A stretch of 64,000 bases of DNA from Octopus sinensis (lineage: Eukaryota), in assembly GCF_006345805.1 (NCBI RefSeq), contig NC_042999.1, forward strand, positions 86,800,001 to 86,864,000, in the 5' to 3' direction. Positions 1 to 14,804 of this stretch are shown here, piece after piece; position 1 is the first letter of the stretch, and every line of letters begins with the position of its first letter. Both the position numbers and the translations under genes were made by a program. Under the pieces are notes generated by a model, which saw only the letters and a list, made by a program, of their open reading frames with translations, searched no databases and was not told the DNA's origin.

Positions 1-820
1 ACATAAATTTTAGAGCTTGAGATTTTAACCCTCTTGTTTTTAAAGGATTTTGCAAAAGGAAGTTGATTTGTAATAATGAAGGTAAAAAATAAAATGAGGA
101 ACAGCAAATGTGTTATAAATTGATTTTTCACTCGTTATTCAAAATTTCAAGTGGGCTGCAGAGCCTGAAAATGTAAATTTAAGAACTTTAGATTTTATCA
201 CAGTTGTTTTTAAAGGATTTCACAATAAAAAAATATATTCTTGAAAACATATTTTGAAAATCTGTAAAAAGTATCTTTTTCACTCCACCCTGTTGAGCCT
301 TACAGGATATATGTCTGTATGATGATTTATATCTTATCTTTTATCTTTTACTTGTTTCAGTCATTGGACTGCAACCATGCTTGGGATCCACCTTCAAGGG
401 TTTAGTCAAACAAATTAATGCCAGTACTTATTTTTAAGTCTGGTATAAATACCTTATGGTATTTGTCCTGGCCATTTTTGTGCCATGAGTTTAAATCCTA
501 CCTAGCTCAAATTTGCTTGTCATTTCTTTGGGATCAACTAATAAAGTACCAATTGATACTTCTTCTCTTTCTCACCCCTTCTCCTCTCTCTTTCCCCTCT
601 CTCTCTCTCCTTCTTCATCCCTCTTTTTTTATCTCTCTCCTCACTCACCCCACCTCTCCCTGGAATAATTCAACTGTGATTAGACCTTGAGAGGGAAGGA
701 CTCTGCCAGATTTTGACACCCAAAACATGTTGTATGGCACAACCAGTGCTACCTTAAGGCAAGTGTTATGCGTCCTGAAGCACCAAACACCCAGGACGCC
801 CATGGCCAAGTTAATATAAT

Positions 821-1040
821 TTCTTTATTTATTGCCTACAGGGGGCTAAACATAGAGGGGACAAACAAGGGCAGACAAAGTGATTAAGTTGATTACGTTG
901 ACCCCAGTGCATAATTGATCCCGAAAAGATGAAAGGCAAAGTTGACCTTGGTGGAATTTGAACTCAGAACAAAATACTGGTAAATGAAATACCGCTAAGC
1001 ATTTTGCACAGCATGCTAACGATTCTGCCAGCTCGCCGCC
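821..1040 (-). mobile_element. tRNA-derived SINE family B (GGCGGCGAGCTGGCAGAA head), near full length
   Basis: Pol III A/B-box-like head and ...caataaataaagaa tail. Related copies at about 11235-11612, 13270-13385, 22360-22480, 23285-23450, 37730-37900, 40801-41020, 41430-41640 and 52825-52965. Confidence 0.8.
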
Positions 1041-1637
1041 CTGAAAACTAATACCATTAAACCTGTATCAATAGTGGTGGAGGCCCATTTTTTTGTACAG
1101 CACTTGGACTCAGAAGCATGCATATAATGTTGTTTTATCTTTTACGTGTTTCATTCGACTGCATCCCTCAAAGGGTTTGGTTAATCGAACCAACTCTAGA
1201 ACTTTTTCCTAAGCTTGGTACTTATCCTATCAATGTGTTTGCTAAACTGCTAAGTTATGGGGACATAAACAAACCAACACACATACATACATAAGCATAT
1301 ACTTGATGGGCTTCCTTCAGTCTCTCTCAACCAAATCCACTCACGAAGCTTTGGTCAGCTCAGGGCTATGGTTGAAAACACTTGCCCAAGGTGCCATGCA
1401 GTGGGAATGAGCTCAGAACCATGTGGTTGGGAAGCAAGATTCTTACCACATAGCCTATGTTTATAGATATATACAAAGGTAAATATTAAATATCAATATG
1501 TAGTTTATTTCCAGTTTGTGTAACTTTTACTCCTTTCTAATATGAAAATATAACTACATGTCAATAAAATGGGATATTATTTATTCTATTTATAACACAA
1601 AAGACCAAGTTTTAGTATATATTTTATTTATTTTCAG

Positions 1638-1761
1638 GTGTTTTTTGTGCAATTCATGAACTTTCTGTATTCAAAACAAAGGCTTCATCAAACTAGAATA
1701 TGTGCAATGACTTACTTCAAAACATATCAGTTGCTTATAACTGGTTCTGAAGATGGTTGTA
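1638..1761 (+). CDS. WDR97: WDR97-like exon (first in window)
   Basis: tttcag|GTG...TGT A|gtaagt; VFFVQFMNFLYSKQRLHQTRICAMTYFKTYQLLITGSEDGC; phase 0/1; the acceptor is inferred because the upstream exon lies outside the window. Confidence 0.85.
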
Positions 1762-4700
1762 GTAAGTAATTCTTTCAACTCTCTTATCATTACTAGAACA
1801 ATATTTATCATACTTAAAGTAAAAAGGTAATGATAAAATTACCTCCTTGAGCCATACCGACTCATAAGGGCCAATTTCCCAGTATCTATGGCATAAAATT
1901 CCCCACCTGGATGGGACGTCAGTCCACCACAGAATTACTCATTTTTGCCAGTTGAGTGGACTGGAATTAATGTGAAATCCAGTGTTTTGCTCAAGAACAC
2001 AATGCATCACCCAGTCCAGGAATCGAAACCACAATCTTACAATCATGAGTCCAACACTCTAACCATTAAGTCATGTGCCCTCCACATAATAAAAATGAGT
2101 ACAGGGCCCTTATTCTAGAGATCCCTTCATCAGTGGGAAATGGTTTGCAATTTTTGATCAGTAAAATCAAAATTTATTTCTATTTATAACCAGAAGTTAC
2201 ATAATGTCTGGAAATTCTAAATGTTTCTATGTCATCATATAAGAATGTCCAAACTTTTATACGTAGAGAACTTACATTCTCAGTTTTTTTTAATATCATC
2301 TCACTAAAGGACAGTTGATAGTCAATTTGGTTGAATCATCATTCATCATAATCTTCATCCTCCTCCTCATCATCATTTAACATCTATGTTCCATATTGGT
2401 ATGGGTCGAGTGGTCCGATAAGATCCAGTGAGTGCAAAGACTGCATTGTGCTTCAATGCCTGCTTTGGCATGGTTTCTAGGCTGGAAGCCCTTCCTATTG
2501 CCAACCACTTTACAGCTTGTATTGGGTGCTTTTCTCATACCACCAACACTATTGAGGTTGCTATACAGCTCACAAGACTACGAACCCTGAAGGAGAGGAG
2601 GGCTCAGCTTTATGCAAGGGTATGAATGGTTAAAGTATGAGAGGTGGAGGGTAGGCACAGCTGCATGGTTACTCACATTTTGTTGGGGAGAGAAAGAATT
2701 ATCAGTAGGATCTACAAAGGGATAGATATTAGAGATGAGATGTCCAAGTAGTCTCTCAAAGCATGAAGTGAGGAGAAATAGGTGGAGTACCACTAAAAAC
2801 TATGTTGTAATTCTCTTTATGTTCTCAATTTTATATCTAACTAGAGTTGATAAAATAAACCCCAGAAAATATTGCATATATTAGCTACAGCTTTCTTTCA
2901 TATATTTGGCATATGTTTGTGGCTTTGTGTCATTGTAAGAAATTCATATTAAGCTGTGGTAAAGAAAGTTTAATGACATACCTGTGTGGTTAAGAACCTC
3001 ACTTTGCTACTGCATGGTTTGGGGTTCAGTCACACTATGTGACAAATTGGGCAAGTAACTTCTACTCTAGCCCCTGGCCAACTATGGTTTCTATGGTTTC
3101 TATTTGGCATGGTTTCTATGACTTGATGCCCTTCCTAATGCCAACAACTCTGAGAGTGTAATGGGTGCTTTTATGTGCCACTGGCATGGGTGCTATTTGC
3201 ATGACACCAGTACCTGCCACAACTGCAATTTTGCTCAGCTTGATGGGTCTTCTTCTCAAGCATGACATAATGCCAAAGGTCTCAGTCATTTGTCATTGCC
3301 TCTATGAGACCCAACACTCAAAAGAAGCTTTTCATGTTCCTTGTATGAGAATTTGGTTGCTGGAAACTGTGTGGAAGCCCATTGTATGTGTGTGTGTGTG
3401 TGTGTGCATGTGCGTGCGTGTCTGTCTGTCTGTCAGTCTGCCTGTATTTGTCCCCTCCTCAATGTATGGCAACTAGTGAACCAGTGCGGGTTTGTTTATG
3501 TTTCCATAACTGAGCAGTTTGGTAACAGAGACTAATAGAATAACTGTCAGGCTTAAAAAAAAAGAAAAATATTGGGGTTAATTTGTTAGATGAAACCTTT
3601 CAAGGGGTGCTCTAGCATGGTCACAGTTCAATGATTCAAACAAGTAGAAGATAAAAGATAAGATACAATAAATGCCCTTATGTAATTGAATTATATAACT
3701 AGCACTCTGTCAGGTGTAATGACAAGGCTTCCGGTTGATCCAATCAGTGGAACAGCCTGCTTGTGAAATTAACGTACAAATGACTGAGCATTCCACAGGC
3801 ATGTGTATCCTTAACATAGTTCTCAGGGAAATTCTGCATGACACCAAATGTGACAAGGCTGGCCCTTTGAAATACAGGTACTACTCAATTTTGTCAGCTG
3901 AGTGGACTGGAGCAACGTCAAATAAAGTGTCTTGCTCAAGGACACAGTGTGTTGCCAGGAATAGAACTCACAACCTTATGATTGTGAGCCAATTACCCTA
4001 ACCATGTGCCTTCACTAATCAAATTATATCATCATCATCATCATCATCATTATCTTCATTTAACGTCCATCGTCCATGCTGGCATGGGTTGGACAGTTTG
4101 ACCAAGGCTAGTAAGCTGAGTGGCTGCACCAGACACCAGTCTGATTTGGCATGGTTTCAATGGCTGGGTGCCCTTCCTAACACCAACCACTCCGAGAGTA
4201 TAAGGAGTGCTTTTATGTGCCGGTTGCATGACATCAGTATCTGCCACGACTATATATATCTTAGAAAACACCATGATGGATCTTACTTGAGATGTTATTT
4301 GACTGCACATCTGTGCTTATATTTATGAAGTCATTACTAATACACTTTTTTTTTTATTATTTATTTCAGTCAAAGTTTGGGATCCAGACTGGAATGTGTT
4401 ACTGGTCTTTGTGGGTCATAATGACAAAATTATAAAGCTCATTCAATTTCCACACAGTATAGCAAATCTTGTGTCTGTAAGTACTGATGAAACTTTAAGA
4501 ATATGGAACCTGGAAACACAAGAAGAAATCAGAAGGTATACTAAAGATGAGGAATTATATTTGTTTTCCTCTGTTGTCATTCATTTGTTCATTCATTCAA
4601 TCGTTCACTTTCTTTTGTAAGTTGTAAATCTATATATATAAAACTGAAGTTGTCTGTGTGTGGCGGGTTTGGTAGCCTTCAACTAACACTATCTCCTCCG

Positions 4701-5198
4701 AGACCCTGCATTGCAAGTTGACCAAAGTTGAGAGTATGATAGAAGAAGGCTTGCTCTTCATTCCATAGAAGATAAAATTCAAATCGGACCATGTTAAGAC
4801 CAAAAATTATTTACATCAAAAAGGTTTTCTAACGATTTTTTTGACTGCTGTGTCACCATTTTTCAGTGTATTTCAACCAGAAAAATGTTCACTTAAAGAG
4901 AATAACAAGCTACATAATGCAAAATTTTTACTTTTCAAAAATTCCAATTCTAAAGGGTCAAAACAAACCAGAGCAACGCTGGGTGATACTGCTAGTCTAT
5001 TTTAAATATAAGCCAATTTTAAGCAGATTTATGACTAAGGGTATTCCATCTGTCCTCACAACAATTCTTTTCTTCTCTCAGACAGTGTGTATCTAGTATT
5101 ACATTATGCAATGTGTCCCAATCTTACCCAAGATAACAGGGGTAAATTGTGGCAGATTTGAAGGATTATGTTCTGGTTTTATTATTGGCTTGGTTATC

Positions 5199-5241
<43 letters not shown>

Positions 5242-8060
5242 CTATTTGTGGTGTTTCTGTATGTTTAATAATGGCTGGGACAAAGCATCAGAGCAGAAAT
5301 GACAACATCCATGTTCTGTTCCTTTTCAAGCCCCTATTATCTGTAAGAAGAAAGAGTCAAAATTATCGTCAGGCCTGGTGACGAGTTAAGTCTATCAAGT
5401 TTCTTTTTTGCTTTTGTTCCAAGATTTCAGATGCACAAATTGAATGGAATTTTCAGTTGTGGCTGTATGGAAGTTTACTTCCCAACCACATAGTTCTGGG
5501 TTCAGTTGCACCATGGGCAAGTGTCTTCTATTATAGCTCAAGGCTGATCAAAGCCTTGTGAGTGGATTTGGTAGACAGAAACTGAAAGACGCCCATAATA
5601 TGTACAGCAATATCAGAGGAAGATTAAAGGTAACATTAAACACTGAAAATGTAGAGGTAGTAGATAGTTTCCATTATCTAGGTGACCAAGTTAGTAGTGG
5701 AGTTGAATGCTCCGAGAGCATAGCTGTGAGAATAAGAATAGGCTGGCAACAAAGGGCCTCTCCCTTAGAGTGACAGGCAGATTGTATGAAGCCTGTGTAT
5801 GAACAACTATGCTACACAGCAGTGAAACATGGGGTATGATAGCTAAGGAGAGGCATAGGCTTGAAAGAAATGAAACCAGTATGCTTTGCTGGATGTGCAT
5901 TGTCAGTGTGCATGTACAACAGAGTGTAAACACCTTGAGAGAAAAGTTGGGCATAAAAGGCATCAGATGTGATGTGCAAGAGAGACAACTGCATTGATAT
6001 GGTCATGTGATGTACACGAATGAGAACAGCTGTGTAAAGAAGTGCCGATCTCTAACTGTGCAGGGAACTTCTGGTAGAGATAGACCTAGGAAGACATGGG
6101 ACAAGGTGGTGAAACATGATCTTCAAACTTTGGGCTTTACAGAAGCAATGACTAGTGACCAAGATCTTTGGTGATATGCTGTGCTTAAGAAGACTTGTCA
6201 TGCCAAGTGAAATTGTAGCTGTGGCCGATGCTGGTGTCACATAACTGGTATGTAAAAAGCACCTTTCAAACATTGGGCCTCACACAGGCAAAGTGGCTGA
6301 TGCCAGTGGCATGTGAAAAGCTTTTCGAGTGTTGGGTCTCATAGAGGCAATGACAAATGACTGAGACCTTTGGCATCATGTCATGTTTGAGAAGACCCAA
6401 TAAGCCAAATAAAATCACAGTTGTGGCAGATACTGGTGTCATGCAAATGGTACCCATGCCAGTGGCACATAAAAGCACCCATTACACTCTCAGAGTTGTT
6501 GACATTAGGAAGGGCCTCCAGCCATAGAAACCATGCCAAATCAGACTTGAGTCTGATGCAGCCTTCCAGCTTGCCAGCCCTGGTCAAACTGTCCAACCCA
6601 TGCCAGCATGGGCAACAGGTGTTAAATGATGATGTTAGTTCTTTATGCTAGTTCCATACTGCGACCTGACAATCAATGGTGTTGGTTTGCTTATGACCTT
6701 GTAACTTAGTGGTTCAACAAAAATATTCAACAGAATAAGTGTCAGGCTTGAAAAAACAAAAAATATATATATAGGAGTTGATTTGTTAAACTAAACTCTT
6801 CAAGATGGCACCCCAGCACAGCCCTAGTCCAGTGACTGAAACAGGCAAAAGAAAGTTATGTATATGTGTTTATATATGCACCAGTGTGTGTATGTTTGTG
6901 TAGTGCATGATAGATGAATATCATTCATTTCCTATATTCTGTAAGAATATGTCTGACCATAGGGAAATATTATCTTGCTTGGAAACAGGTGAGGGTTGGT
7001 AACTTGCAGGGCATCCAGCCATAGAAAAGCTGCCTCAATAAGTTCCATCTGACACATGCAAGCATGGAAAAGTGCACATTAAAACAATGATGATGATCAT
7101 GATGGTAATGATATTAATTTTCACTGCTAGAATCAAATATCTAGTATATTTCCTAGCAGACAGGTCAGTGCAGTATATAAAGTAATTGTGCAAATATTTT
7201 AATATTTCTCTATCTTTGCAAGTCCTGCTATATTTCACATGGAATTTTTGGTCCTTTAAAGCCATCTTGGTTTATAAGCTAATCTGCCTTTTTTGGTTGT
7301 AAATTTTGGTCTGCAGAATTTGACTTGTATGCTGGAAAATATAGTTTCTCCATAAACTATCCTATATATTTATATAATCCTATATAATTGTTCTTTAGTT
7401 TAATTAATGAAATGAAATTCAAGTCCTTTCTCTTTAAATTAATCAGACATTCTAAATACAGATTTCTTTGTTGTTTGTTAGAATACAGATTGAAAAGAAT
7501 GTGACAATACTTGGCAGTATCCCAGAAAGAGAAGAACTTTACTCATGTTCCAATGAGGATTTATTTTTGTGGAAAACTGATCATTTATATAATCTCTTTG
7601 TGGTAATTGGGTAAGACAAATTTATAATTAATGTTTTCACTTTTATTCAAAGTTACTAATGAATTTAAGCATTTTATCTGATTGAATTCATCCTATGGTT
7701 GTGGAACTGTTTCCAGAGAGAAACGCAATCTTTCTGGATGATAAAGCACCAATTCACACAGCTTAAGTTGTTACTGAATGGCACAAGGAACATTCTAGTG
7801 AAGTTGAACATCTTATCTGGTCACCACAGTCCCCAGATCTCAATACTATTGAACATTTATGGTGCATTTTAGAAAAACAAGTAAGGAGTCGATATCCTCC
7901 ACCATCACCACTACAAGAACTGGAGACAAAAATTCATTTGGAAACAATTCAAAGTTTGTACCAGTCCATACCTCATAGAATTCAAGCTGTAATTACTGCC
8001 CCATATAAAAATAAATTTGTTTGAAATTTTAAGGTGTTTCCATTATTTTGTTCAACCACA

Positions 8061-8116
<56 letters not shown>

Positions 8117-8877
8117 AAAAGAAGGAAATGGAGAAATAGACTGGCAGACATCAGTTTATTTGAAGATATTCAAATCCATATCCAATTAGTTCATTTACAG
8201 AAATTAAATTAAATTAATTTAATCTAAATTTTCATGTTGAAACTGGTTAATTTTCCAAAAGAGAGTTACCTTTCAATGTGGAACTCAGCAGTAGAACGAG
8301 TAGATACACAGCAAAGCAAAATCATTTTACCATCATGCTCCAAAGAACTAGCTAAAAATCAGTCAGATGAAAAATTCTTAGGTATTAAATAATTAGTTAT
8401 ATTAATTTGTATCAATTTGCTGGCAGAGAGAGAAAGTGAGAGAGAGAGGAGGGAGGGAGAAGGAGAGAGAGGGAAGCAGATGAGAATCATTTAATCTAGC
8501 TCCCATATAATCTTTAACCTTCTCAGTGTAATAACCAAAAATCACTCAGTAAATATTTTACTGCTTTTTGTGTGTATATGTGTGTGTGTTTCAGTGTGTA
8601 TGTACGCATGCATGTGTGCATGCACGTGTATGTGTGTGTGCATAAGTGTGTGTTTGTGTATGCACACATGAATGTGTGTGTGAGTGTGTGCATGAATGTG
8701 TATGTGTGCATGTATGTGTGTGTGTGTGCGCGAGTGTGTGTGTGTGTGCATATTTTTTTTTTTTTTTTTACTTGTTTCAGTCATTTGACTGCGGCCATGC
8801 TGGAGCACCGCCTTTAATCAAGCAACTCGACCCCGAGACTTATTCTTTTGTAAGCCCAGTACTTATTCTATCGGCCT

Positions 8878-8928
<51 letters not shown>

Positions 8929-9777
8929 TAATAATAATATTAGGGAGTATATCCAAACTTACAGGGAAAAATTAGATTTAGGAATAAATCAAATTTCACA
9001 GTATAAATAAAAATTAAATTAGAGATAAAACCACTATTAGGCAACTCAAACAATGATAGACATAAACCAAAACATTAAAAAAACAATAAATAAATATGAT
9101 TAATATAATATACAAAATATAAGATATAAAATTTAATATTCAAATTATTAAAATTTGAAATTTTAAAATTTATATTTATACATTTTTATATTTTTAAATT
9201 TTTTAATTTTTTTAATCTTTTTTTTTATAACTAACCAAAAAGTATAAAAAAGTTAAATATAATATAATAAGTATTATATTATATTATAATATAATAGTAC
9301 TTATTATATTATATTTAACTTTTTTCATATTTTTTGGTTAGTTATAAAAAAAAGATTTTAAAAATTAAAAAATTTAAAAATATAAAAATATAAAAATGTA
9401 TAAATATAAATTTTAAAATTTCAAAGTTTTAATAATTTAAATTTTATATTTTATATATATATTGTATATTATATTAATTGTATTTATTTTTTGTTTTTTA
9501 TGTTTTGGTTTATGTCTATCACTGTTTGAGTTGCCTAATAGTGGTTTTATCTCTAATTTAATTTTTATATTACGGAGATGTACTTGCATAGCAAGTGATT
9601 TGATCTGAGATCGTGTGCTGAAACGAAAACAATTGCAGCGTGGAAGGTGTTTGTAAGCCATTTAAGAAACACACAAAAGCCGTTCGATTCACTTCAACAT
9701 TTAAGTTTAATTTGTCAAAATATTTTCGTTGCATTAAGACCGCGACCTCTTCACTGACAAAAATCCGTGGTGCATTA

Positions 9778-9823
<46 letters not shown>

Positions 9824-11387
9824 CGTTTTTGGATTTGGTTTGCAAGATTCTTTATATGAGTTCGTGTGTTGAAGCATATTCTGTTGTGTCTGGGGAGAGT
9901 CATTTTCTTTTTGTGCCTTATAATGTAACACACTCACCAGTAAAATTTTAACTTATTTCTTTTCTTTTTACTTTTTTTATTTTTCTTTTTATTTTTTTAA
10001 ATTATTATTATTATTTTATTTATTTTTATTTATTATAAAAATAAGAAATAAGTGGAAATTTTACCGGTGAGTGTGTTACATTATAAGGTACAAAAAGAAA
10101 ATTACTCTCCCTAGACACAACAGTATATATATATATATATATATTCCCTTCCGGTCATTCATTATGTGACAGTGTATCGTTGGTGATTTTTTTTTCCTCC
10201 GTCTTCCCTTCCTTGGATCTTACCTTTTTCTATGTTTCTGATGAAGAGCTCCCCTCAAAACGTTAAATCCTCCTTCTTTCTTTTCTTTCCTGAGCGTCCT
10301 CGTGTTGTTGTGTTTTCTCTTTGTGTTTTCATGTTTGGATTAACTTTATATATAACTTGCATATATTCAGTACTACAATTATTTAATTATCTAATTTGTA
10401 GTTTTGGATGTTTTATGTGCTGGCGCCACATACAAGTAACTGTGCTGGTGCCATGTTAAAAGCCCCCAGCACACTCTGTAAAGTTGTTGGTGACAGGAAA
10501 GGCATCCAGCTGTAGAAACCATACAAAATCAGACTGGAACCTGGTGCAGCTCTCCAGCTTGCCAGCTCTGGTCAAACCATCCAACCCATTCCAGCATGGA
10601 AAACAGATGTTAAAGAATGATGATGATGAGGAGGAGGAGGATTATCATTTTGGATGTTTTCTGTTCTGATATTTGGACTTATATCTTTCAGCTTCAAAAT
10701 TATATCAATAAAAATGACAAATCATCCAGCCTACCCTCAACGAGCGATTGTTATCTGCGATGACTTCTCAATAAGAATAATTAATCCTCATACTGGACAA
10801 AACATTACTAAACTGCTGCTGATTTCTGACTGTTCAGTTGATATTGTAGATTGTGTTTATGCAATTTCAGAAGGTAACTACAACACTTAATTAGATTTTC
10901 TTTCATTAGTTCCATATTTTCTGACATTGTAACAAATTAAACATACCAACTTTAATTCAAAGTTTGCTGTTAGCTTTTATACACACTCATGTACACACAC
11001 TCATGCACACACATTCAAGTGCACACACATACACACATACACATTCATGTACACATGCACACACATGCACACGCACACACACGCACACGCAGACACACAC
11101 ACACACACAAAATTTCATTGACATGTGTATTATCATCTGTTGGGACTGATATATTGACTAGGAGGCCCTGTTTTCTATAGTGGTCCTTGTTAACAACTGA
11201 TGTGCCCTCATCTCCCTGTCTACCTGTATTGAGAGTCCTTACATTCTGAGTTCAACTTCCAATGAAGTTGACTTACCTTTCATTTTTTCAGAGTCAGTAA
11301 ATTTAAGTACCAGTTAAGTATTGTGGTCAATCTAATCGACTTAACCCCTCTTCCAAAATTTCAGGCCTTGTGCCTATAGTAGAAAGG

Positions 11388-11426
<39 letters not shown>

Positions 11427-12749
11427 GCATGCTTGGCAAAATACTTTAGCGTTTTGTTTGTCCTTACATTCTGAGTTCAAATGCCACTGAGGTCGACTTT
11501 GCCTTTTGTCCTTTTGGGGTGAATAAAATAAGTATTAGTTGTGTACTGCAGTTGATGTAATCGAATTACCCCTTCCTTCGAAACTGATGGCCTTATACCA
11601 AAATTTTAAACCATTATTATTGTTATCATTATTATTATTATTTTTATTATCATTATTGAGTGAGAGAGTAGCACATGCTATCAAAGCAACATTGGGGTAT
11701 GAAACCCAATATACCCATCATGACTATCTGTCTGATAAGAGTACACCAGATACATACATCACAAGCATATGTGCATGACATGGTGATCTCCTATCAAGAC
11801 AAACAGCACATGACCTTGTAGGTGGGGCCACTTAGAATTTTCTTCAGGTCGAGTTGCCCATTCTGTCAAAATGTCCCTGAATAAGGGTTGTTTAAAGATG
11901 TTGAACAAATGACCCTTGTTTTCAATGGTGAATTATCCAAACCCCAAAGAATTCCTCTTAACACATGGCTATGATGCTCCCCTATTTCTGTGATCAGAGA
12001 TGCACATATCGTCAGCCACCAAGAGACATGCTCAACTGATTAAGGTCAAGCAACTGACAAGCAAATCTGTGGTATTGAGCAGAATATTTACTGTAGCCCA
12101 TCTTTTACACCAAAACAGAACATGTACATGATAACACTTCCAATCAGTTAAGATGTGAGCCAGTGCCTGGTATTGCATCAAGACATTATTATTATTGTTG
12201 TTGTTGTTGTTGAGTGAGAGAGCAGTGCATGCTATCAAAGTGACACTGGGGTAAAATATATGAAGCCCAGTATACCCGTCTGATAAGAGTATACCAGGCA
12301 CATGCATCACAACCATATGTGTGCAACCACATGTGGTGATCTCATCTTAAAATTAACAGCACATGACCTTGCAGGTGGGGCTCAGTTAGAATTTTCTACT
12401 AGTTGAGTAGCCCATCCCACTCAAAAGGTCCCTGAATATGGGTTGTTTAAGGATGTTGAACAAAACACTCATGTTTCCAAAGGTGAATTATCCAAACCTC
12501 AAAGAATTCCTCTCAACACATGGCTATGATGCTCCCCCATTTCTGTGATCAGAGATGCACATATTGACAGCCACTAAGGGACATGCTCAATTGGTTATGG
12601 TCAAGCAACTGACAAGCAAATCTGTGGTATTGAGCAGAATATTTGCTGTAGTCCATCTTCTATACCAAGACAAAACAATGTACATGATAACACTTCCAAT
12701 CAGTTCAGCTGAGAATCCATGAAAGCCACTGCCTGGTACTGCATCAGGG

Positions 12750-12801
<52 letters not shown>

Positions 12802-13567
12802 GGGTATGCAGCAGTGCACCGATTTCTGTCTTCACTTCTGATCTCTCTCTCTCTCTCTTTCTTTCTCCAACCGGGTAACCTTGTATCTCCTCTATAGCAA
12901 GATACCTGTTTCTTTCTCTCTGTAACCTTTCATCATCTGACACTAGATCACCTTCTCCAATGACCCCCACCTCTCAAACATTTTTTTTTGTCTAGTGACC
13001 CTGTCAATCCAGGTGCCACTTAAAAGCATCCAGTCCACACTATAAAGTGGCTGGCATTTAGAAGGGCATCCATCTGTAAAAACCTTGCCAAAACTGACCT
13101 TGCCTATGCTTGTGCTACATAAAAAGCACTAAGTCCACTCTGCTGGCATCCAGCTGTAAAAATCCTGCCGAAACAGTTGCAGTCTGGTGCAGGCTTCTTC
13201 CTGGCTGGCTCCTGTCAAACTGTCCTGCCCATACCAGCATGGAAGGTGGACATTAAGTGATGATGATGATGAGCTGGCAGAATTGTTAGCACACTGGACG
13301 AAATACTTAGTGGTATTTCGCCCGTCGCTACATTCTGTGTTCAAATTCCCCTTCCCCAAATTTCGGACCTTGTGCCTATAATAGAAAGGAGCATCACATC
13401 ATCATCACCACCACCACCACCACCACCACCATCATCATCATCATATAATGTTATATTCTTGTTCCATGCTACCAGACTCCATATACTTTTGCTTTTCCTT
13501 AAATTTTGTCCTAAATTTATGTGAACGTGTGCATGTTTTATTTTATGTAATTGTGTTATTGATTCTA

Positions 13568-13611
<44 letters not shown>

Positions 13612-13989
13612 TATGACAAGAGAGAAGAGAGAGAAAATGTTTTTGTGTGATTATATGTACCTTTACTTGCAACTGTATATATATATGTATATGTTGATTA
13701 TTATAAAAATAGGTTTTAAGTTGATTTTAAAATAACTTATTTTTTTCCCAGACACCCTATTTGTCTTACTAAAAGATGGATCCCTATTGAAAGCTTCCAC
13801 ATTAAGAAATCCATGTCAAATTATGAGTATATGGACATATAATTCCCCATCAGGTATGTTACAAAATCATAAATCAGTTCATATTTTTATCAATAGATGG
13901 TGTTACTGTAACGTTGTCAGGGCAGATTTCTAACTAATATTTTACCTAATAATAAAAGAAATGGCTACTATAAATGGTTCAGGCAATGA

Positions 13990-14053
<64 letters not shown>

Positions 14054-14735
14054 GCCTTTGACTTTAGTATCCAAAGTTTTTTTTAACCCAGTATTGTCAT
14101 GTTATTATTTATAGCTTTATTTGTTTTCAGATCTAATATTCCCATAAAGCAATTGTTTCACATGCCCTCAAAGCTTATAAATTTTAATATCATATATATA
14201 TATATGTAAAAGAAAAGAATATATATATATATGTATGTATATATAGTTCAAAATTTACAGAAAATGAAAGACGAAGACAAGTGGAGGAACAACAAGTAGG
14301 TGTATTAGTTTAATGCTCCTGAAGAATGGAAAAAATTTTGACAATTCGAGCCTATGCTCTTTATCTAACTTATAGTAAATCTTTTTGAAGAAACACTTTT
14401 TATTTTTCTTCTTTTAAGAATATATTTTTGTTTGATATCCTAATTCCAAATGTATGCAAGTTCAATTCTGTAAAAATTTGTACACAAATTTGAATTTTTG
14501 TAATCCCTTTTCAGTTTCTACTCAAACATAATCCCTACCCTAACTCAAAATTGTAATCCTAAGTGCTAACATAAAACCCTAACATTAGATACTAACCCTC
14601 AGTGGATCGAGAAAGAGTAAGATATGAAAGATGTGTGTAGAGAAAGGAGAGAGAGAGTGAGAGAGAATGAGAAAGACAAAGAGTGAGCGCAGAGCGAGAA
14701 AAAGCGTGATATGAAAGACACTTGCGTGTGTTTGT

Positions 14736-14804
<69 letters not shown>

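Noticed and set aside
8523-8975. His/Thr-, Val/Cys- and Ile/Tyr-rich ORFs (also 10964-11180, 19357-19831, 20073-20261, 56237-56537)
   Set aside because: Translations of microsatellites, without splice-phase support
14530-14600. Interstitial telomere (ccctaa-like motifs)
   Set aside because: Only scattered degenerate hexamers within a repeat element, with no tandem array
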